A stretch of DNA of 54,766 nt from Thermoproteota archaeon (GTDB lineage Archaea; Thermoproteota; EX4484-205; JAAOZP01). The stretch is taken from positions 39,587-94,352 of the forward strand of contig JBNAVT010000004.1 of NCBI GenBank assembly GCA_049700215.1. The letters run 5' to 3'. The notes under the pieces are model-generated. The model was not told where the DNA came from. It saw nothing but the letters and a program-made list of their open reading frames with translations, and did not search any database. Positions 47,082-54,766 of the stretch are shown one piece after another. A program made the translations under genes and the position numbers. Each line of letters starts with the position of its first letter. The first letter of the stretch is position 1.

Positions 47082-50000
47082 ATGAAATACTGGGGAAACA
47101 GTAAAACGATTTTGACAATTCCAGTATTAGCATTAACTCTCTTAACACTGCCTCTCGAAACCATTTTTACGGATTGGCATAATATAGATGGGAAACAAGC
47201 GTTCTTCCAAACAGGCATGGTAATCGATGCCGCAGCCTCACCCGCTGTCTCAATGCGCGTAAAAGTTCTGAACGCTTTAACTGGTGAAGCAATTCCCAAC
47301 GCTACTTTAATAATTCTGGACTTAAAGAACCCCAGAAGGCCGGAGGTGGGGCAAAGCATTTTCTTCACGAATGCGGATGGAGAGTATAATGTTCCAGAGG
47401 AAATTGTAAAACCTGGGAGGATCTATTGGGTTTACGCCTACAAGGGGAACCTTAAGGAGAAGAAGATAGACTTCGTGCCAGTTAAAAAGGAGATTCGTGT
47501 CGGAGAAACCGGCAGTATTGAAGTGAACCTTTCACTGGTTCCTGGCGCACTAGTGGAATTGGAAAGCGTTCCATATATCGTTCAAGCATCAAGCCTTCAA
47601 GAAGGCAACATGATAATAAAAGTCATAGTGAAACAGAAGGGTTTTAATTTCTCGTTGATCACTGACTACGGGGACGCGATAGACGTTTTCTACCTGGGGC
47701 TGGACAGGAAAATGATCCCGGTCCCGTCTGAAACGCCTTTCGACCTTGAGGTCAGCGTCTCGCTCGTACTCCGAGAACGCGAGCGAGTATCAGAGATTTT
47801 CTACATTATGAACGGGACGCAACCCTTCATTATGCCGCAGAGAAGTTACGCATCCGTTAAAATTTCAGAGTATAGTCTAAGGAGAGGCTTGGAGTACGTG
47901 AAATCAGCCCTAGTAGGGGTTTCTTCAAAGGTTGACGAGGCGCAGGAAATCGGGTTCACGGTTTTCGAGGAGAGGCGCACACTGGAGCACGCAAACCAGA
48001 AACTGGTAGAGGCTAATACCCTGCTGTCAAACGCGCAAACAGAGGAAGATTTTGAAAAAACATGGTTTACACTCCGGGAAATACTTGGGGAAATAAATTT
48101 CGTAGCCACGATGATAGAAAGCAAGTATCTGGTTGGAAAGACTAACGCGGTTTACCTCTCCGCAGTAATCGTGGTATTCAGCACTGTTCTCGCATTCTTC
48201 TTCTTTGAAAAAACCAGGTTAAAAATTGTTTCATTAGCCGTCATCTACGTAGCACTATTGGGAATCATGTATTTTATAAACCCGGGTACTCACGTTGTAA
48301 TCGATGAAAACCTTCCACTCTTCTCCTGGACGGCAGCCGTCTCCTTCATCATAACCTCTACTATTGTCTTCGGCATTCCGCGCATCTGGAAGGAAAGGAA
48401 TATTGAGGGGGAGGTTCAATGGAGGAGCGCCATCTCAGTAATATTCTCAATGAGTAAGCGCCAGATAAAACGCAAAAAGATACGCGGCTTCTTCACAATA
48501 TTTTCAATATGCATGCTTATTTTAGCGTTCACCGCGCTAACTACTTTCGGAACAGCCTTCGGAATAATCTCTAAGAGAGTGGAAGGAACCCCGTCTTCAG
48601 ACGGTTTCCTCATAAAGCGCATGGTTAACAGCTCATCCCTAATCTTCTCCCCCCTGGGGGCGGGGGATGCTGAAGTCCTCCTGAAGATAGCGCCCGCGAT
48701 TAATGTGGCGCCAAGGATGAAAAACGTTCCGCGGTACGACCCGGTTGCCAGACTCGTAAACCCGGCCACCGGCAACAGCTACCCTATTTATGGCGTGCTC
48801 GCTATATCGCCGGGAAACGAAACCCTTTACACGATGCTCGACGAGATGGTTGAAGGCAGTTATTTAAGCGACGAAGCGTATGGTGGAGCAATCTTAGGAT
48901 TCGGAACGTTGAACAGACTAGGCTTAAAAGTAGGCAGCAATGCCACGTTGGAGATACCGGGCACCACGATAACGGAAACCATCGTAGTCAAGGGCTTCAT
49001 CAGGGATGAGGAGTATGAGAGGCTGACGGATGTTGACGGCAGCCCTCTCGGCCCCGCGCGTCTCCTTCAAGACGGTTCGGTGAGAAGGTGCAACGGTTCA
49101 GAGGTAATAGTGATTAACCTTGAGACTGCGAAGAGAATTCAGGAGAAGATTAACAGTCTCTACGGTGCAAACGCCCCTCAGCTCGTCGTCCCTTCCGAGA
49201 TACTTTTCAGGCTGAGAGACCCGGAAGACGCGGGAGCAGTTGTCAGAAGCATAATTTTCTTCTTCAACTACGATGTCTTCGTCTCATCTAAAGGCGTAGT
49301 AAACTACTACTATATTGGCTCATACATAGAGTTCGGCGGGGCTGCGGAGCTGCTGATTCCACTAGTGATGGTTGTCTTAAGCATAGGCATGGTTATGGTC
49401 AACAGTGTCTACGAGCGTGAAAGAGAAATAAGGATTCTTTCAACACTCGGGTTAAACCCGACGCATATAGGATTAATGTTCGTGGCTGAAGCAATAATAA
49501 TGGGGATGGTTGGAGGAAGCATCGGATACTTAACCGGACTAGGCTTCTACAGAACCATGGTTTTCATAGGGCAGAACCTTTTAGAAAACCTCATGGTTAG
49601 AGAGAAACTGGAATGGTGGTGGAGTGCACTGGGATTTGTTTTCGCAGTAGCCGTCTCAGTATTCTCGGCTGCAAGACCCGCAGCCCTAGCTATCCGTACG
49701 TACACGCCTTCGATGGTGAAGAGGGTCAGGAGAACAGAGGAGCAGCGGAAGGAGCGGAAGGAGAAAATATTCAGGGTTTACCAGGCGAGAAGCGTCAGCA
49801 TGCCCGTGAAAATACTCGCTAACGAGAAGGACTTCTTCACAGGCTTCCTCATCGACCATTTAAACCAGTTGAGAACAGGCTATAAGGAGAGGATTGAAAA
49901 CGTTGAGGATATTCCGGAGGCGGTAGACTCTAAAGGCGTCGCGACGAAAACCATAAGGTTCAACTACTATTTTGGACCCATGGAGCATAAGAACGGGACG

Positions 50001-50177
50001 AGGAATAGCCTAGTCTTAACCAAGATCCCGAGTGAAGAATACTACAGGGTTAAACTAGTCACTGAGCCAACATCCCCCGGGATTCCGGAGAACATGATAG
50101 ACAGAACAGTAGACTATGTCCACTGGATCCTTATGCTCTGGGTTAAGGAGAAGAAGAGGATAATGGGCACGGCTTAA
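47082..50177 (+). CDS. Large FtsX/MacB-like permease family membrane protein
   Basis: N-terminal signal/TM, prealbumin-like domain, TM bundle, extracellular domain, SVYEREREIRILSTLGLNP..I..MF.AEA FtsX motif. Confidence 0.85.
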   Translation: MKYWGNSKTILTIPVLALTLLTLPLETIFTDWHNIDGKQAFFQTGMVIDAAASPAVSMRVKVLNALTGEAIPNATLIILDLKNPRRPEVGQSIFFTNADGEYNVPEEIVKPGRIYWVYAYKGNLKEKKIDFVPVKKEIRVGETGSIEVNLSLVPGALVELESVPYIVQASSLQEGNMIIKVIVKQKGFNFSLITDYGDAIDVFYLGLDRKMIPVPSETPFDLEVSVSLVLRERERVSEIFYIMNGTQPFIMPQRSYASVKISEYSLRRGLEYVKSALVGVSSKVDEAQEIGFTVFEERRTLEHANQKLVEANTLLSNAQTEEDFEKTWFTLREILGEINFVATMIESKYLVGKTNAVYLSAVIVVFSTVLAFFFFEKTRLKIVSLAVIYVALLGIMYFINPGTHVVIDENLPLFSWTAAVSFIITSTIVFGIPRIWKERNIEGEVQWRSAISVIFSMSKRQIKRKKIRGFFTIFSICMLILAFTALTTFGTAFGIISKRVEGTPSSDGFLIKRMVNSSSLIFSPLGAGDAEVLLKIAPAINVAPRMKNVPRYDPVARLVNPATGNSYPIYGVLAISPGNETLYTMLDEMVEGSYLSDEAYGGAILGFGTLNRLGLKVGSNATLEIPGTTITETIVVKGFIRDEEYERLTDVDGSPLGPARLLQDGSVRRCNGSEVIVINLETAKRIQEKINSLYGANAPQLVVPSEILFRLRDPEDAGAVVRSIIFFFNYDVFVSSKGVVNYYYIGSYIEFGGAAELLIPLVMVVLSIGMVMVNSVYEREREIRILSTLGLNPTHIGLMFVAEAIIMGMVGGSIGYLTGLGFYRTMVFIGQNLLENLMVREKLEWWWSALGFVFAVAVSVFSAARPAALAIRTYTPSMVKRVRRTEEQRKERKEKIFRVYQARSVSMPVKILANEKDFFTGFLIDHLNQLRTGYKERIENVEDIPEAVDSKGVATKTIRFNYYFGPMEHKNGTRNSLVLTKIPSEEYYRVKLVTEPTSPGIPENMIDRTVDYVHWILMLWVKEKKRIMGTA

Positions 50178-50186
50178 GCGCGCGCT
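50177..50186. repeat. A(GC)4T palindrome overlapping the stop codon of the permease gene
   Basis: TAAGCGCGCGCTT; perfect 12-bp palindrome at 50176-50187. Confidence 0.8.
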
Positions 50187-50187
50187 T

Positions 50188-50211
50188 GAAAAGGCTGATG
50201 CAAACCTTTTC
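50188..50211 (+). terminator. Possible hairpin terminator GAAAAGG-N10-CCTTTTC
   Basis: 7-bp inverted repeat just after the stop codon. Confidence 0.3.
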
Positions 50212-50288
50212 CGGCTTCTCACGCCAACCACACTGTTGCAGCAAGGGGGTTGAAAAAGGCATAAATTTGAGCAGAATATTAGACTCGT

Positions 50289-51766
50289 GTGGACGCTGGA
50301 GCACCATACATCCTTGGTATCGACCTCGGAACCTCAGCATGCAAGACGGTCGTCTTCACTTTAGACGGCAGGAGGGTTTCATCCGCCTCCAGGGAATATC
50401 CTGTTATTCAGCCTCAGCCAAGGTGGGCTGAGCAGAATCCTCTAGACTGGTGGAGAGCAGTGGTTGAAACCATAAGGGAAAGCCTCTGGAGAGCAGGGGT
50501 AGAGGGCAGCCAGATAGTTGGCCTAGCCGTTGACTCTCAGCGGGAGGCTGTAGCGCGCGCGCTACTGAGGCGCAGACTGAGAAGATGAGGAGCCTGCTGG
50601 ACGAGGAAACTGTTCTCCGCACGACGGGCGTTGGGATAAACCAGGTTTTCTCAGCATCGAAAATCCTCTGGCTTAAGGAAAACCTTCCAAACGTGTTTTC
50701 AAGGACCAGAGTATTCCTCTGCGCGAAGGACTTCATTATCTACAGGCTGACTGGGGAGAAAGTCACAGACTACTCTATAGCGTCGAGAACAATGCTGTTC
50801 GACATAAGGAGAAAAACATGGTCACCAGAAATATGCTCAGCCCTCAGCATACCTGTAGACAAGCTCCCACAACCCCGGGAATCCAGCATTATCGTTGGAG
50901 AAGTCTCCCACCAGGCCTCAGCTGAAACATCCCTACCTAGAGGCTTGCCAGTTGTAAACGGCGGGGGCGACAGGCCCTGCGAGTGTCTGGGAGCAGGAGT
51001 GGTTAAGGAGGGCTCAGTCAATATAGGGACTGGCACAGGTTCCACTTTCGAAGCCCCGTTGAGCAAGCCAAACCCTGATTTGAAGGGAAGGGTTAACTGT
51101 TGCTGCCACGTGATCCCAGGCACATGGGAGTATGAAGCATCCATCTCGACAACAGGCGGAGCCCTACGCTGGTTCAAGGATGTTTTCGGGGAAAGGGAGG
51201 TGGAGGAGGCGGAGAAAACGGGTAGAGACCCTTACGATTTAATAACTCAAACCGCTTCTGAAACAAGCCCGGGTGCAGACGGTCTTTTCTTCTACCCTTA
51301 TTTAGCAGGTGCTTTCCCACCCAGAGTGGACGGTAGGGCGCGCGCCGTTTTCTTCGGCATCAGCCTATTCCACTCTAAGGGCCACTTCGCCAGAGCCATA
51401 TTGGAAGGAGTGGCCTTCCACTATCTTGTGATGCTTAAACTCCTGAAGGAGCTTGGCGTAGAAATAGCTGAAGCAAGCATAGTTGGAGGCGAGGCAAAGA
51501 GCGATTTCTGGAACCAGGTTAAGGCAGACGTAACCGGTATAAGAATAAGGATCCCTGAGGTTGAGGACGCTGCCGCAATGGGGTCAGCCCTACTCGCAGG
51601 CATCGGCACAGGCCAGTATACGAGTGTACAGAAGGCTGTTGAATCAACGGTGAGAACAAGGAGGGTATACGTGCCTAACGCTGAGAACCACTCGGCTTAC
51701 TTGAAGCTGTACGAGAAATACGAAGCAATATACGCGTTGATCTCGAAGGGATATGATGTTTACTAG
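50289..51766 (+). pseudogene. FGGY-family carbohydrate kinase (xylulokinase-like) disrupted by an internal deletion and frameshift at about 50552
   Basis: ORF 50289-50588 has ILGIDLGTS.CK...AEQNP..WW...DSQRE; ORF 50585-51766 continues SKILWLKE, GGGD, GTG, RAILEG, GGEAKS; the conserved D..G.P....I.W.D.R segment is missing. Confidence 0.88.
50550..50565. repeat. Perfect 16-bp palindrome GTAGCGCGCGCGCTAC (core A(GC)5T) at the deletion junction
   Basis: Sits exactly where kinase similarity breaks and the frame shifts. Confidence 0.9.
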
Positions 51767-51787
51767 CAAACATGCTTATTCAACAGG

Positions 51788-52978
51788 TTACTGTGAGGGC
51801 TGAAAGTAGTCTGCAAGCTCAACCCATGCTCCTGAAGAATCCAGGCAGACGTCTGCGAAGACGAGGACTCCTGACGCTCCTCCCCTCATCGCCCCCTTGA
51901 CGGATTCAACCCACTCCCAGCCAGGCATGTTTCCAGTTGTAGACAACGAGCCGCCGACGCAAGGCGTAACCAGCACTCCACCATTGCTCTTCTTAACCTG
52001 CTCAACTATAAGCCTAGTAGTGTCCTCAACCCATTTAACCGGCATGTTGTTATCCCTATGGTAAAGCATTGGGCAAACCATGTCGACAAGACCCTGCCGT
52101 ACCCACTCGCTCCAGTCAACACCCATGGCCTGCCTGTTCCAATCATAATCGTAAGAAACATCCACGGATAAAACTATGCCCGGGTTAATCTGTTTCACAG
52201 CATCCCTGATTTCCCTCAGGAAATCCGTTACAACACGCGTCCTCCAACTTATCCACTCGCTCCTTAGGCTTCCCCCGGTCAGCACGTCTTGAGGCCAGTT
52301 CTGCACCCTCCTGCCGAGGAACGATTCGAAAGACCTTCTCGCGTTCTCGCTGAAGTCAGCCTCAATGCCCGGTGGAAAACCGAAATCATCCTCTATGTTT
52401 ATGCCGTCAACACAGTACTCCTGCACCAGCTCAACGATGTAGGACTTTATATAGTTCCTGGCGCCCTCGCTTGCCGGAGACAAGTAGTACCAGCCCCATT
52501 GATGGAAGGACCCGTGTGAAAGCTGGTCCTCACCCTTCTCGTTAACTATACCCCAGTCAGGGTGTTGAAGCAGCACCGACCTGCTTGTCCTGAAGCCCAC
52601 TACCCACGCCCAGACCTTCAGACCGTTCCTATGGCTTTCCTCAACAATTATTTTCAAAGGATCCTCGTCGCTTTTAAAATTACTAAGGTAATCCATGTCA
52701 GCCGGAACTATTTTACTCCTGTAGTCAGCCAAACCCCCAGCATGGATGACGAAGGGCAGCACAATGTTAAACCCGCTACTCTTGATTTTGCCAATGTAGA
52801 GCGTGAAATTCCTTGCAACAGACCTGTTGGGAAACTCGTACATGTATAGGAATACTCCTCTCATCTCCGGCTTCGGAGGCTCTTCACTCCTCATCATCCT
52901 GTTTAACAAGAGGTATGAAGCTGCCGTTAGAAGCACTATCAGAACAGGGAAAGCAAGCATCATGCTTCTCTTAGACAC
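51788..52978 (-). CDS. GHL10 (DUF187) glycosyl hydrolase-like protein, N-terminal membrane anchor
   Basis: EMRGV, GFN, DPL..IVEESHRNGLKVWAW, Y.VDGINIED, DW..WV..G.VDMVCPMLY. Confidence 0.85.
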   Translation of the reverse strand: MSKRSMMLAFPVLIVLLTAASYLLLNRMMRSEEPPKPEMRGVFLYMYEFPNRSVARNFTLYIGKIKSSGFNIVLPFVIHAGGLADYRSKIVPADMDYLSNFKSDEDPLKIIVEESHRNGLKVWAWVVGFRTSRSVLLQHPDWGIVNEKGEDQLSHGSFHQWGWYYLSPASEGARNYIKSYIVELVQEYCVDGINIEDDFGFPPGIEADFSENARRSFESFLGRRVQNWPQDVLTGGSLRSEWISWRTRVVTDFLREIRDAVKQINPGIVLSVDVSYDYDWNRQAMGVDWSEWVRQGLVDMVCPMLYHRDNNMPVKWVEDTTRLIVEQVKKSNGGVLVTPCVGGSLSTTGNMPGWEWVESVKGAMRGGASGVLVFADVCLDSSGAWVELADYFQPSQ

Positions 52979-53075
52979 ATGATGTTAACTTGGGAAGCGC
53001 TTAAAAAGCTTAATCGTTAACCACCGTATTTAAGACTTCTGTTTTCGAAACACAATTTTAAATAGGGCTGTCGCA

Positions 53076-54297
53076 ATGTGCCCTCCGAGGAAAGTGTCGA
53101 GGACCAGCATTTTTATACTCTTGCCGATGCTCTTGACCTCATCCATGCCGATTACGCGAAGTGCCTCAGGCTCTTCTGAAAAAAAAGGATTTCTTCGTAG
53201 GAGTCTGGTTGGGAATGTATAGTGATTACTGGCCTAGTGAGAAAAAAGAATGGTTGAGACAGGTTGACGAAGCCTTTAGGTCCCTTAGGGAGGCAGGGGT
53301 CGACGCGATCTATTTTCTAGCTAAAGACCCTTGGGGGTATGTTTACTATGAATCCAAGTATGCTCCATTATCTGAAAAATACGGCTGGGATCTTTTGAGG
53401 GAGGTTGTGGCAAAAGCTAGGGAACATGGGCTTCAAATATACCCGTATGTAAACGCGTTGGCAGAAGGGGAGGCTCAGCCGAACTTCTATCTGAAGGAGC
53501 ATCCGGAGTTAGCGGTTTCATCAGCAAGCGGCGAAAACGGTTGGGTCGACCCGTCTAGCGAGGAGTATGTTAATAGACTGCTGTCGATCGTTGAGGAAAC
53601 AGTTTCAAACTATGATGTAGATGGGTTGCAGCTGGACAGGATAAGAATGCCCGGGCCAGTAATCAAGGCGGAGGCTAGTGAAAGACTCTACAGGGAGGAG
53701 ACGGGGCTCTCCCCGGGCGGTGACGAAGAGAGATGGCGGGAGTTCCTGAGAAACCAGGTTTCTCAAGTGGTGCGGAGAGTATGTGAAAAAGCTAGATCAG
53801 TAAAAAGAAGCTTGAAGCTTTCTGCAGCAGTCTTCCCCTCTCCTTCGAATGCTGCTTTAAACCAGCTTCAAGACTGGAGGAAATGGGTTGAAGAGGGATG
53901 GGTTGACTACGTGTGCACAATGGCTTACGCGCAGGGATTCTACACGTTCAAGGCTTATGTGGATGAGCAGAAGAAGGCCTGCAAGCCTGGAAAACTATAC
54001 GTGGGGATAGGCGCGTGGCAATTGTCTCCGTCTGAGCTGAAGAAACAGATAAGGTATGTTGTAGTCGACTCGGAATTGCCCGGGGTATTGTTGTTCAACG
54101 GAGACGCCCTCCTTAACAACAGGGAGCTTCTAAACGCTGTGAAGGAGGCGAAAGAGGGAAAGTTTGAAGAGGATTCATCCATCTTCACAATTATGCTCAG
54201 CGTCGCCCCAATCATAATCTTGCTCTGCACAATATGGCCCCTGCTCTACTTGCGCAGGAAGAAAAAGGTGAAAACAAATTGGGGGAAAGCTTATTAG
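53076..54297 (+). CDS. GHL10 (DUF187) glycosyl hydrolase-like protein with C-terminal TM; signal peptide out of frame at an A8 tract (catalytic ORF 53161-54297)
   Basis: WDLL..VV..A...GL, WVDPS, YDVDGLQLDRIR, LSAAVF, QDW..WV..G.VDY..TMAY; a hydrophobic leader from 53076/53094 joins in frame only if the tract is A7. Confidence 0.8.
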
Positions 54298-54301
54298 GTC
54301 A

Positions 54302-54588
54302 ATGGGTTTTCAAAGAGTAATGCTCAGGATAAAGGTAAGCTCTAAGATTCTCGAAGCCTGTGGCTGGATTAAGCTGGCGATAAAGCCGGGGAAGAAGAGC
54401 CCTGGGAAGATCAGGCTTCTGAAACCGGGATGGAACCTTTAGAGATTGAAACAAGACTGAGGGGGAACGTGGCTACAGCCACATTTACAGACGCCGATAG
54501 GAATGGCCTGTACGTGTTCAACATTAGGGTGGGAAAAGACGTGGAAGAAATGGGTGCTGGTTGGAAGCATGATGCTGGACTGGTATAG
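54302..54588 (+). pseudogene. Degraded, frameshifted 5' remnant of an unknown gene
   Basis: Two consecutive protein-like frames (54302-54442 and 54430-54588) offset at CCGGGATG; ends 10 bp before AGCGCGCT. Confidence 0.45.
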
Positions 54589-54598
54589 TGTTTCCGAG

Positions 54599-54606
54599 AG
54601 CGCGCT
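54599..54606. repeat. A(GC)3T palindrome (putative junction scar)
   Basis: AGCGCGCT between the gene remnant and the AbrB promoter. Confidence 0.65.
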
Positions 54607-54660
54607 GGAGATTATGGTAAAGTTTAAATAGTTAGAACTAGAGTATGACTTTCGGTAACT

Positions 54661-54766
54661 ATGGTTGAACTTAGGGTGAGAGTGGGGGAGAAGGGCCAGA
54701 TACTCATCCCAAAGATACTTAGAGACAGGTACGGGATACAGGAGGGGGCACAGGTGATGATTGAAC
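54661..54766 (+). CDS. AbrB/MazE/SpoVT-family DNA-binding protein, probable antitoxin (3'-partial)
   Basis: MVELRVRVGEKGQILIPKILRDRYGIQEG; promoter AAAGTTTAAATA about 30 bp upstream; absent from the ORF track because it is truncated by the window edge. Confidence 0.88.
   Translation, partial: MVELRVRVGEKGQILIPKILRDRYGIQEGAQVMIE

Noticed and set aside
50186-50431. 81-aa ORF between the permease and kinase genes
   Set aside because: Starts within the palindrome, overlaps the kinase in another frame and has no recognisable motif
51337-51346. GGCGCGCGCC palindrome in the FGGY kinase 3' part (also TGGCGCGCCA at 43241 and CCCGCGCGGG at 7722)
   Set aside because: Explained by codons (RARA, TGAP, SRAG) in uninterrupted frames; wrong flanks
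1-54766. tRNA, rRNA, integrase or IS transposase genes
   Set aside because: None recognised by eye; tRNAscan-SE, Infernal and ISEScan would be needed to exclude small or divergent ones

Overview
Archaeal chromosomal window. Evidence: BRE/TATA promoters about 25-35 bp upstream of mostly leaderless genes, stand-alone GMP synthase subunit B, polyprenol kinase, HEPN-MNT pair. By inference only, the gene content fits a hot-spring TACK lineage such as Brockarchaeota or Bathyarchaeia. It holds about 45 CDSs, mostly glycan/sugar catabolism (ChbG and CE4 deacetylases, NagA, GH106-like, GH29, BNR/sialidase-like, two GHL10, FucI-like isomerase, PfkB and FGGY kinases). It also has an ETF plus FAD 2-hydroxyacid dehydrogenase operon, three fused ABC exporters with DUF1854, and a corrinoid methyltransferase cluster (UroD-fold protein, RACo/RamA-type activator, MtaB, MtaC). 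No rRNA, tRNA, CRISPR array or transposase was recognised. The most unusual signal is non-coding: a self-complementary A(GC)nT motif (n=3-5) recurs at DNA junctions. It replaces about 20 deleted codons inside the FGGY kinase gene, joins three unrelated ~200-bp gene fragments between mtaC and mtaB, abuts stop codons, and also occurs in transition-decayed forms. It looks like the scar of an undescribed end-joining/DNA-tailing mechanism. The enzyme is not visible in this window, and an assembly artefact still has to be excluded. All family calls come from motif recognition by eye; no database search was run.
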